Both the position numbers and the translations under genes were made by a program. 64,000 bases of DNA from Promethearchaeota archaeon (GTDB lineage: Archaea; Asgardarchaeota; Lokiarchaeia; Sigyniarchaeales; SOKP01), in contig JAUVXW010000007.1 of the NCBI GenBank assembly GCA_030603385.1, forward strand, positions 73,678-137,677, read 5' to 3'. Under the pieces are notes generated by a model. That model ran no database searches and had not been told where the DNA came from. It saw only the letters and a program-made list of their open reading frames with translations. Shown here piece after piece: positions 9,762-18,752 of the stretch (positions are counted from its first letter, which is position 1; each line of letters starts with the position of its first letter).

Positions 9762-10298
9762 TCACATTAAACTTTCTATTTCTTTTTGGATTTCTTCAAT
9801 ACGTTTTCTAGATTTCAATAAAATCTTACTTTTCCCATACTTTTGAAACCAACGATTAAATCTCTCTCTTATTGTAACTTCTCTTGTTCCAGCCATATGT
9901 TTATCTGCTAAACATATTATCTTTTCTTCTAATGATACTGGTAAAAAATCTTTTTCTGGCAGACCAAATCTCTTCGCATCTTCTACGTCTAAACCTCCCA
10001 AAATATGAGTTTCACAAATTTTAGCAAGTTTATCAGAAAAACCTCTGTCTCTTAAAATTTTTCCTCCGATTAGTGCATGTTTGAAGCCATGTGTTTTTGC
10101 TCTACCAATGTCATGTAGAAGTGCACCAATTTCAATTAGATTTTTATCTACTTCAACCTTAGTTATTTTATTTGCTATTTCTAAAGCTTTTTCTGCTACT
10201 TTTTCAGAATGCCGCCTAACTGAATGCGGGATCTTTAATTTTTTAAGCAGATCGATTGCGTATTCACGATCTGGTAAAATTTCTTCTTTCTTAACCAT
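9762..10298 (-). CDS. HD-domain phosphohydrolase (archaeal HDIG type)
   Basis: RHS, LLHDIG, H, and EEKIICLADK motifs. Confidence 0.88.
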   Translation of the reverse strand: MVKKEEILPDREYAIDLLKKLKIPHSVRRHSEKVAEKALEIANKITKVEVDKNLIEIGALLHDIGRAKTHGFKHALIGGKILRDRGFSDKLAKICETHILGGLDVEDAKRFGLPEKDFLPVSLEEKIICLADKHMAGTREVTIRERFNRWFQKYGKSKILLKSRKRIEEIQKEIESLM

Positions 10299-10448
10299 TA
10301 TTTTTTATAATTAATTAATTATCTTTAAATTTTAGTTATTAACAAAAATTAACGTTTCAATAATTATTATCCCTATACCAATAGAGAATGAGAATTTACG
10401 CAAGAACACTTTATGAAAGAATAATACTGAATTTTAATTAAGCATATC

Positions 10449-10937
10449 CTAATAGAATTCCTCAAAGGGCCCACTAATTAATCCTCCAATCGAACCTCCT
10501 ATAAACGCCCCTAACAGACCACTTATAATTCCACCTAAAGTTTCAGATAATTGTGTGCCTTGGAATAATGCCATCAAATCCTCACCAGAAACTATGCTTA
10601 AAATTATCCATAATAATATATCAACAACTACTACTAGTAAACCTGCTATTATCCCTCTTCGCAAACCTTTTGCAATTGTACCACTAATATATCCTATAAA
10701 AAGCCATGCTAAAAGTTGGGCTGCGAAGAAACCTGAGACAGTTAAAGATCCAGTAAAAAACGCTATTATATCAAATTTAAAATTTGCTCCTATCAATAGT
10801 GCAGTTGCTTTTAGCAAATCAGTATCAGCATAAATTTCGATTTGGTTAAAGATACTTTCCATATTAAAGAAAAACACACTTAAAAAGCTTAAAATAATTC
10901 CTATAAGAATCCCAAAAATCAAACGGTAGGAAGCCAT
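10449..10937 (-). CDS. Gly-rich multi-pass membrane protein of unknown function
   Basis: About 4 hydrophobic helices with GxxxG repeats. Confidence 0.7.
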   Translation of the reverse strand: MASYRLIFGILIGIILSFLSVFFFNMESIFNQIEIYADTDLLKATALLIGANFKFDIIAFFTGSLTVSGFFAAQLLAWLFIGYISGTIAKGLRRGIIAGLLVVVVDILLWIILSIVSGEDLMALFQGTQLSETLGGIISGLLGAFIGGSIGGLISGPFEEFY

Positions 10938-11160
10938 TGTTTAAATCAGCATAAATTTATTTATAATATTATAATTATGATTGAATAATAATTAAAATCA
11001 TTTTTGCTATATTAATTCTTAAGTTCTGAATTAATTAGAAAGTTTCTCTTAATAAAATATTAAAGTTAAGATGTATTTAATCAAATATTCATAACTTTTT
11101 GAGAATTTTGTTATGGATTAATAGATTTAATAAAAATATAAAATAAATAAGGCTACTATA

Positions 11161-11970
11161 TTGGCTAAGAAGAAGAAAAAGACTGAAGAAAAAAGTGAAA
11201 AGAAAGAAGAGACCTTAGAAGATTTTGAAGAAGAATTGGAAGTAGATTTTAAAGAAGATTTAGATCTTGAAGAAGAACTCGAGTTATTAGATACTGAAGA
11301 CATCGAAGCTGGAATTGAACTAAGAGAAGAATTAGTTGATAAAGATGAGGAAAGAAAACAACTTTATTTAAGTTGTGGTATACACATTGGTACAAAATTA
11401 TTAACCGGTGATGCTAGAAGATTTATTTATAGACAGACTAACTATGGGTTATACGTTATTGACTTAACTAAAACAGACGAAAGATTAAATATAGCAGCGA
11501 AGTTCTTAAGCAAGTATATTGAGGAAGGGAGTGACAGAGTGATAGTTACTTCTATTAGAAGATATGGAAAAGAACCAGTCAAAAAATTCTGTGAAGTTTT
11601 AGGGTGTAAATGTATTATTACTCGATTTATACCCGGAAGTTTAACCAATCCGCTTATAGACACGTATATAAAGGACGCGAGTGTCGTTGTAATTGTTGAT
11701 CCACATGCCGATAAAGTAATTTTAAGAGAAGCGAAATTAGCTCGAATTCCTGTAGTATCTCTTTTTGATACTGATGATACCCTTGATGGCATAGATCTAG
11801 CAATTCCTGCAAATAATCGTGGTAAAAAAGCACTGGGATTAGCCTTTTGGTTCTTAGCTAGACAAATATTGTTAGAATTAGGGAAAATCGCGAGTGAAGA
11901 AGAATTTCCTTATGCGCTCGAAGAGTTCACCTCAAAAATAGTGCCTGTATATAGGCAAGAACAAAAATAG
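11161..11970 (+). CDS. rps2: 30S ribosomal protein uS2 with long acidic N-terminal extension
   Basis: GIHIGTK, RFIPGSLTNP, DTD and IPANNRG motifs; TTG start. Confidence 0.95.
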   Translation: MAKKKKKTEEKSEKKEETLEDFEEELEVDFKEDLDLEEELELLDTEDIEAGIELREELVDKDEERKQLYLSCGIHIGTKLLTGDARRFIYRQTNYGLYVIDLTKTDERLNIAAKFLSKYIEEGSDRVIVTSIRRYGKEPVKKFCEVLGCKCIITRFIPGSLTNPLIDTYIKDASVVVIVDPHADKVILREAKLARIPVVSLFDTDDTLDGIDLAIPANNRGKKALGLAFWFLARQILLELGKIASEEEFPYALEEFTSKIVPVYRQEQK

Positions 11971-12224
11971 CCTGACCAATATATCTCATTTTTATTCCTT
12001 ATTTAACACCCAAAATGTTAGGAAGTTTAGAGATATTGTTAAGAAAATCTCTTACTTGAGATCGACTGAAAAATCAAAAATTCTATTAATTATTAATTTC
12101 CCTGTTAAACAAGTTAATTTTTCTTATTAGAAAACATTTTAATCTTTTTAATTATTTATAATAAATTTTTAATCTTAAATCAATTAACTAACATAGTAAT
12201 CAATTACAAATTTTAAGTGATTTA

Positions 12225-13001
12225 TTGAAAAAAATTATCTCATTTTCTGGAAAGGGTGGAGTTGGTAAATCTACTCTCCTCGTCTTAATGCTCAAATATC
12301 TACTTGAAAAATTTGATAATCTCGATATCTTAGTGATTGACGCCGATCCTGACGCAAACATCGGAGATCTCATCGGCAAAGAAATCCATTTTAAAGAAAC
12401 TGTCAGCGGAAAAATGACGATCCTAAAGGATAAAATTCAGAAACGACAAATACCCCTCGACGTCTCGAAAGATCAAATCATCGAATCTGAAGTGTTTGAA
12501 GCCTTAATCGAGATGGATGACTTCGATATTTTAGAAATGGGGCGGGGGGAGGGTAGTGGTTGTTATTGTAGCGTGAATAACACCCTGAAACGCATTATTG
12601 ACATATTATCCAAGAATTATGATATTGTCCTCATCGATTCCCCTGCAGGATTGGAACATTTCGCTCGAAAGACGGGTCGCAACGTTACTGATCTCATTAT
12701 TGTGACTGATCCAAGCAAAATGGGGTTCCATACTATGGAACGAATAATTGAAGTAAGCAAAGAAGTAAACCTTCTCTTCGAAAATATCCTTATTGTTGGA
12801 AATAGATTTCCAGAAGACCTGAAAAACCTCTTAACTGAACGTGTGGAAAATATTAAGGAAAGAAACGTAAGATTTTTAGGATTATTGCCGAATGATGATG
12901 AAATCAGTAAAATGAATCTTGTTGGGGAAAATTTGTTACAACTACCCAGTGAGAGCAAGACATATAAAACAGCAAAAGAGCTATTTTCTGCCATTATTTA
13001 G
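12225..13001 (+). CDS. cooC: CooC/AcsF-type nickel-insertion ATPase
   Basis: GKGGVGKST, IDADPDAN, GCYC metal site and AGLEHF motifs. Confidence 0.88.
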   Translation: MKKIISFSGKGGVGKSTLLVLMLKYLLEKFDNLDILVIDADPDANIGDLIGKEIHFKETVSGKMTILKDKIQKRQIPLDVSKDQIIESEVFEALIEMDDFDILEMGRGEGSGCYCSVNNTLKRIIDILSKNYDIVLIDSPAGLEHFARKTGRNVTDLIIVTDPSKMGFHTMERIIEVSKEVNLLFENILIVGNRFPEDLKNLLTERVENIKERNVRFLGLLPNDDEISKMNLVGENLLQLPSESKTYKTAKELFSAII

Positions 13002-13256
13002 GTTTAAAAAAAATTATGAAAAAGCAGTTAAATCTAAGTTTTCCTGCTTGAATGTTATCCAGTCGTATTTCTGTGAGTTTCTAACTTCCTTTCCTGTTAT
13101 TTTCTTGTAATTTATTCTGATATATTCCTGAAACTCATCGTAATCTATTGTATGAGGAATTTAATTAAATACGATTAAGTAGGAAATTGACAAAATATTC
13201 ATAGATCACTATTCTGAAATTGAATTAGAAAAATATGAATATATCAATTTCTCAAG

Positions 13257-13760
13257 TTAATACAAAATGAAATTATTTCTCTTCAAACAACGGATTAAGG
13301 AACTCTTGACCTCATCATTTTTATATAGACTGACAGCTTTTTGGGACTTTAAAATCGAATTGATACTTTTTTCTTTACATATCTGTTCAGAAATTCCTTC
13401 TATCCATAACTCAAGGATGTTGATATTATCCAAAATGTTATAAAGATACTCTTTTTTAGAAATGTTGATTTGTTTTTTAAAAAGAACAGAGATCATCAAA
13501 TCGTGACATCCCCCTCGAGCTTTTTTGTCTCCTATTGCAAAACAATGATTCAAAGAGACCGTTTTATCATGTTGTACATAACAATGGCTGAATGTGTCTC
13601 CATCTGTATGGAATTCCATCAAATTTGTAATCTCATTTTCTGGGATGCCAATTCCTTTTTCTGGGATTCCAATTCCAAATTTGATCAACACAATTGGTCC
13701 AATTTTGATGTCAAAATAAGAAATAACCATTTCATATGGTAAATCTATAATTTCAATCAC
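13257..13760 (-). CDS. Longin/uDENN-like domain protein (eukaryotic-signature type)
   Basis: N-terminal strand followed by FDIKIGP (FDxxxGP), and an ARGG..LMISVLF segment typical of uDENN/longin-like Asgard proteins. Confidence 0.6.
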   Translation of the reverse strand: MIEIIDLPYEMVISYFDIKIGPIVLIKFGIGIPEKGIGIPENEITNLMEFHTDGDTFSHCYVQHDKTVSLNHCFAIGDKKARGGCHDLMISVLFKKQINISKKEYLYNILDNINILELWIEGISEQICKEKSINSILKSQKAVSLYKNDEVKSSLIRCLKRNNFILY

Positions 13761-13923
13761 TTTTAACCTAATCTCGTTTTATTAATTATTTTCTAATAAG
13801 AAATACTTCATTTTTTTATATTTTTAATTAATTTTTGTAAAAATTCGTAAAGGATAATTTGAGCAGAAAAAATGGCATCTTTACTCATATTTTTTTCTAT
13901 ATGGTTTCTTTAGAGGAGCTTAA

Positions 13924-14457
13924 TCAATGAACAAAAGTTCCTATAATTTCCCGAATTCTGTCGATATAATAGAAACTTTGATTAATAATATGTTTTAAAT
14001 CAACAGAATCATAAAATGCAATTGTTAAAATAGCTGCTTTTCCTGCCCATACACAAATTATTTTACCTTTTGCAGAATTGACAAAAATTGATTGTAAATC
14101 TCCATGTTCACATTCAATTCCAACACGTTCACTTAGTGATATTATTGCTGTTGTCATTGCCGCAACATGCATTTCATCCCAATCAGCTTCTGGATTAAAA
14201 ACAATTGGAATACCGCCAACACCTATTAAGGATACATTTCTTACTCCTTCAATCAACTTCAGCATCTTTAAACAGGGGTAAATTTGTTCTTCTAATTTCT
14301 TATCAGTGTTAGTAGAAACTTCTTTAGACCACCTTGCTAGTGTTGTTTGACTCACATTAAACTTATTTTCGGTTTCATAATATGTATGATCTTTTAAAAA
14401 TTCCAATATATTTTGCTTTTCTTCATTTGAATATCGTTTTCCTTGCATTTTGATCAC
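13924..14457 (-). CDS. N-terminal HTH fused to a Roadblock/LAMTOR (MglB-like) domain
   Basis: RYSNEEK..KFNVSQTTLARW HTH, then a GVRNVSLIGVGGIPI..VAAMTTAIISLSERVGIE..GDLQSIFV..G..AILT Roadblock pattern. Start may be the ATG at 14448. Confidence 0.8.
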   Translation of the reverse strand: MIKMQGKRYSNEEKQNILEFLKDHTYYETENKFNVSQTTLARWSKEVSTNTDKKLEEQIYPCLKMLKLIEGVRNVSLIGVGGIPIVFNPEADWDEMHVAAMTTAIISLSERVGIECEHGDLQSIFVNSAKGKIICVWAGKAAILTIAFYDSVDLKHIINQSFYYIDRIREIIGTFVH

Positions 14458-14472
14458 TATGAATAATAAAGA

Positions 14473-14567
14473 AGTATTAGTATATAAATCTATCTAAGTG
14501 TAGTTTAGAGATAGAGTGTTAGTAAGTATTAGTAAACCGATTTAAAAAATTAAAAATAGTGTTAGTC
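14473..14567 (-). promoter_or_regulatory. TATA box plus four AGT(A/G)TTAGT direct repeats upstream of the HTH-Roadblock gene
   Basis: TTTATATA on the minus strand at 14481-14488. Repeats at 14473, 14515, 14525 and 14558, with a fifth copy inside the gene at 14305. Confidence 0.5.
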
Positions 14568-14711
14568 ATTAACAATTTACGCTTAAAAAATCTAGACATT
14601 GTATCTACACAAAAATTTTGATTCCTTAACTGAAGAAAATATGTTAGATCTACAAAAAGATAATTCTTCTTATAAGGAAGCAAGAGAAATATTCGTAAAA
14701 ATTATATGAAA

Positions 14712-15374
14712 TTAAATAAAATCACTAATCCTTTTATTTCGAAAGCGTTTTTCTACTCCGCCTCTCATCCCAGGTAATTCAAAACACTTATCTGGAATCA
14801 TCTTTTTATAGTAAGGTTGGTTCTCTCGTTCAGAAATAAACTGTGAATTATATAATGTCTCGAAGATTTGTTCACCAGAAAATTGGATATCATCGAAATA
14901 TGGAATAAGAGGATGATTTTTACTTACTTCTTCGACTACTGTTTTTAAAGGACTGTCAATCTCACGAATTTTCCCTCCTTCATCCATTGTCGAAGTTTTA
15001 TGGTTATGTTCATTATATAGACAGACTATACAATCTGGCCATCTCTTATGGAAATAACCCAAGACACGGTCCATCACCTTATGTTTGAGGGATACTATTC
15101 CAAATAAAACCCCCCTATTATTGATTTCTGTACGAGTAAATTGTATCGCTCGATAGGTTTCTTTAGAAATCTCACGCATCATACGATTAATCTTTTTTGC
15201 GATTAGAGTACCAGAATTACGTAAGATTACCTCTGGAATTTTATTAATCTGTTGGATAAGAGCAGGATAAAAGTTACAATGGCGGGGAAGATTATGAATT
15301 AATTCCTCACGTGAATGACCTCTAGCACACCCAACGACTTCCAGTGGATCTTTCTCCTTAATTAATTTTCTCAA
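14712..15374 (-). CDS. DUF4130-like protein, partner of the putative DNA-repair radical SAM protein
   Basis: Overlaps the radical SAM gene by 4 bp. E.YR...FTR, H.V...YF..RW and LY.SQFI.EREN....KMIP patterns. Confidence 0.7.
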   Translation of the reverse strand: MRKLIKEKDPLEVVGCARGHSREELIHNLPRHCNFYPALIQQINKIPEVILRNSGTLIAKKINRMMREISKETYRAIQFTRTEINNRGVLFGIVSLKHKVMDRVLGYFHKRWPDCIVCLYNEHNHKTSTMDEGGKIREIDSPLKTVVEEVSKNHPLIPYFDDIQFSGEQIFETLYNSQFISERENQPYYKKMIPDKCFELPGMRGGVEKRFRNKRISDFI

Positions 15375-16699
15375 ACGATTTCCCTCTGTGAAACATTATC
15401 ATTAATTATGTCGAAATACTTATTTAAAGTCGTTTGATTATGTCCATTTATCAGGAGGTAAGGTTCAGCTCGTTTTAATACCACACCAACAGATTTAAGA
15501 TCTTGCCGACGTTTAAATACAAATTTCTTTGCTCGTAAATTTATTATACGTTTAGCAGATATAGGTCCAATTCCAGGAACAAGTAACAACTCTCGGTAAG
15601 AGGCCTGATTGGGATCTACAGGATTACGATCTTTAAAATATTCACTTGCTAAATGCATTTTCGGGTCTCCTTTAGGTAAATTACCTTCTTCGTTAAATAT
15701 TTCTTCCAAATCTTTTAATTTATAATGGTAAATTCTTAATAGCCAATCACTTTGATATAGCCGATGTTCTCTTGCTAGTGAGGCTGCTTGTTTACCGGCT
15801 AGCGGTGTTCCTTCGATTGGAATAAATGAAGAGAAATAAGCTCGCCTTAAATCAATTTCTCGGTATCCCCAATCGATTCTCTTAAGTAGGTCATAATCAC
15901 TTTCATTTTCTGCAGCTCCCACTACAAATTGGGTTGTCTGTCCACTATTGAGAATTGGAGCCTCATCCCATCGAAATTTTTTATAGCCATTTTCTCTTCG
16001 ATCCTTAATCATTTTTTCTTGGTATCTCAATTTGTAGTCTTGCTCAATATCTCTCAGTTCTTTAAGAGCTTGGTCATTATGTTTGATCCTAATCTGTTTT
16101 AACCAGCGTTGACGTGTTATAATGTCATTATTAAAATCTTTTTGTTCTGCAATTTCTGCAAGATAATCTTTAGAAGAAGCTTCTGTATTGATTGAAATAC
16201 GATCGGAAAGAGATATTGCTTCTTTAAGGAGATATTGACTTACACCAGGTAAACACTTAAAATGTACATATCCTCGAAAATTATATTTAAATCGAAGTAA
16301 TCGAATTGCTTCTAACATTTCTTCGGTAGTTTTATCAGCACTACCACAAACAGCTGATGAAATAAATACTCCTTCTACAACATTCATCGAATAAAGTTTC
16401 ATAAATGTACGAGCGTATTCTTCTGGAGTAAAACTCATCTTTCGCTTACAACTATGTGTAAAACAGTACTTACAATTATAAATACATTTGTTAGTATATA
16501 GAGTCTTGAAAAGACTCATACACCGTCCATCAGGAGTATAACTGTGGCAAATTCCAGCGCTTGCTGTATTCCCAATCCAACTTTTTGTATCTCCAAAAAG
16601 TTTTGGATATTTATCGGTACGACTAGAAGCCGTACTAGCACAAATATCATATTTAGAATTTTCTCCCAAAACACGAATCTTTTCTAAAGTTGACGGCAC
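15371..16699 (-). CDS. Putative DNA modification/repair radical SAM protein with HhH motif
   Basis: SKYDICAS, GICHSYTPDGRC, CIYNCKYC, GQTTQFVVG, REHRLYQSDWLLRIY and VPGIGPISA motifs. Confidence 0.92.
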   Translation of the reverse strand: MPSTLEKIRVLGENSKYDICASTASSRTDKYPKLFGDTKSWIGNTASAGICHSYTPDGRCMSLFKTLYTNKCIYNCKYCFTHSCKRKMSFTPEEYARTFMKLYSMNVVEGVFISSAVCGSADKTTEEMLEAIRLLRFKYNFRGYVHFKCLPGVSQYLLKEAISLSDRISINTEASSKDYLAEIAEQKDFNNDIITRQRWLKQIRIKHNDQALKELRDIEQDYKLRYQEKMIKDRRENGYKKFRWDEAPILNSGQTTQFVVGAAENESDYDLLKRIDWGYREIDLRRAYFSSFIPIEGTPLAGKQAASLAREHRLYQSDWLLRIYHYKLKDLEEIFNEEGNLPKGDPKMHLASEYFKDRNPVDPNQASYRELLLVPGIGPISAKRIINLRAKKFVFKRRQDLKSVGVVLKRAEPYLLINGHNQTTLNKYFDIINDNVSQREIV

Positions 16700-16901
16700 T
16701 TCTCTGTCAGCTAAATGGAATAGTATTCATTAATTTTGTTATAAGTCAATTTTTGATGATTACTTTATAAAAAGGAGGGGGCATATGGAATTTTCAAAAT
16801 AACTTTAATGATCAATGTTTTGTTTATAAACAAACTTAAATCTATTTTTAGTTTATTCAAATTATATTCAATAAAAACTTATAAATAAGTCGGAATTAAG
16901 G

Positions 16902-18728
16902 ATGCAGAAGTATACGGGTGGAGAAATAATCTCCAAATATCTGATCAAAGAAGGAGTAAAATATGTTATCGGAATTTCGGGGCATGGAAACCTCCCTCTC
17001 GTCGATGCTTTCTTCAAAGATCAAGATAAGCTTACTTTAATTCAGCCGAAACAAGAAATGAGTGGTGTACATATAGCTATAGGTTATTATAGAATCACAG
17101 GGAAACCTTTAACAGTTTTTACTTCAATAGGACCAGGAGCAATTAATACTGCCATCGGAATTGCAGATGCATACGTGGATAGTATGCCTGTTTTAGTTCT
17201 TACAGGCGATACACACGTACATATGAGAGGTAAAGGTGTTTTACAAGAAATTGAACGGAAAAGGGACTCAGATATGCTAAGAATTCTTGAACCAATCGTT
17301 AAACGAAGTTTTCAGGTTGATACAGTAGGTCAATTACCCTCAATAATGCAACGAGCATTTAATCAAATGATGACGGGACGAAAAGGTCCAATTCATATAG
17401 ATCTCCCTATAGATGTTCAATCATATGCTATAAGTACTGAAATCCCTAATCCTATTAAACACAAATCTCAAGGGAGAATTTTCGGTGATCCTGAATTAAT
17501 TACTAATGTTGCTATCCTCTTAAAAGAAGCTAAAAGACCTGTTTTACTATTAGGCGGTGGAGTTGTTTCGTCTGAAGCATTTAAAGAGGTTAAGAGCTTA
17601 GCTGAAAAGATTGGAGCTGGTGTCGTAGCTACGATGATGGCGAAAGATGCATTTCCAAATGATCATCCTCTTTTTTGTTGGGCTACTGGAAGCAAAGGAA
17701 CTACTATTGGTTTAAAGATCACATCCACTGCAGATTTAATACTTGCGATTGGTTGTAGATTTGCTGACGAAACAGCAAGTTCCTATAAAGATGGAGTAAG
17801 TTTTTCAATTCCACCCACAAAATTAATACAGATTGATATTGATCAACATGAGATAGGTAAAAATTATCCTGTTGAACTTGGAATAACAGGTGATGCTAAA
17901 GCATGTTTAAGGCAAATTATTGACGAACTAGGTGATTACAAAGAAGAATATGAAAAAACCGATTATTTCAAAGAAATCCAAGAAGAAAAGAAAAAATGGT
18001 TCGAAATTTTAAAAGAACATAGAAATAATAATAATAATAATCTCCCAAATCTTATGATTTCAACAGTTTTACAAGAAATTCGGCAGTTTTTCGATAGAGA
18101 TACGATTTTTATTACTAGTTCTGGAAACGTTCAAGCTCAAATGATACAAGAATTGGAATTCTACGAACCAAAAACATGTATCACGGCGGGTGGTTTTTCA
18201 ACTATGGGATATAGTGTCCCAGCGGGAATAGGAGCAAAATTAGGGTCAATTGATGTTGGAAAACCTGATCGTCAAGTGGTATCTCTTGTAGGTGATGGAG
18301 ACTTTATGATGACAATTTCAGAGTTATCGGTTGCTGTCCAATTAGGATTGAAAAATATATTCTTTATTGTATTGAATAATTATGGGTGGATTGCAATCAA
18401 AGACCTTCAACAAGCCGCATTTGGTGAAGATCGAGGTTATGGTACAGCATTTGAAGATAAAGATGGAAATCCTTATTCACCTGATTTTGCCAAAATCGCT
18501 GAAGGTTTTGGTTGTTATGCTGAAAAAATCTTTGAGAAAAAAGAAATTATACCAGCTTTAGAGAGGGCAAGTAAATCAAACAAACCGGCGGTTATAGAGA
18601 TTTTAGTTAATAGAACTTTTCCTTTTACAGGTTCACCAGCATTTGGTTGGTGGGACGTTCCAATACCCGAATATTTAGAAGATAGAAGAAGGAAATACGA
18701 AGAGGAGATTAAAGGAGAAAAACTATGA
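16902..18728 (+). CDS. Thiamine-diphosphate-dependent enzyme (IolD / acetolactate-synthase-like)
   Basis: GISGHGN, TSIGPGA, GFSTMGY and the GDGDF..NN ThDP motif. Confidence 0.85.
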   Translation: MQKYTGGEIISKYLIKEGVKYVIGISGHGNLPLVDAFFKDQDKLTLIQPKQEMSGVHIAIGYYRITGKPLTVFTSIGPGAINTAIGIADAYVDSMPVLVLTGDTHVHMRGKGVLQEIERKRDSDMLRILEPIVKRSFQVDTVGQLPSIMQRAFNQMMTGRKGPIHIDLPIDVQSYAISTEIPNPIKHKSQGRIFGDPELITNVAILLKEAKRPVLLLGGGVVSSEAFKEVKSLAEKIGAGVVATMMAKDAFPNDHPLFCWATGSKGTTIGLKITSTADLILAIGCRFADETASSYKDGVSFSIPPTKLIQIDIDQHEIGKNYPVELGITGDAKACLRQIIDELGDYKEEYEKTDYFKEIQEEKKKWFEILKEHRNNNNNNLPNLMISTVLQEIRQFFDRDTIFITSSGNVQAQMIQELEFYEPKTCITAGGFSTMGYSVPAGIGAKLGSIDVGKPDRQVVSLVGDGDFMMTISELSVAVQLGLKNIFFIVLNNYGWIAIKDLQQAAFGEDRGYGTAFEDKDGNPYSPDFAKIAEGFGCYAEKIFEKKEIIPALERASKSNKPAVIEILVNRTFPFTGSPAFGWWDVPIPEYLEDRRRKYEEEIKGEKL

Positions 18729-18752
18729 TGGTCAATTCGGAGAATAATATCA

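Noticed and set aside
14290-14457. Transposase-like HTH as an IS element
   Set aside because: No DDE or other catalytic domain, terminal inverted repeats or target duplication were seen, and the HTH is fused in frame to a Roadblock domain.
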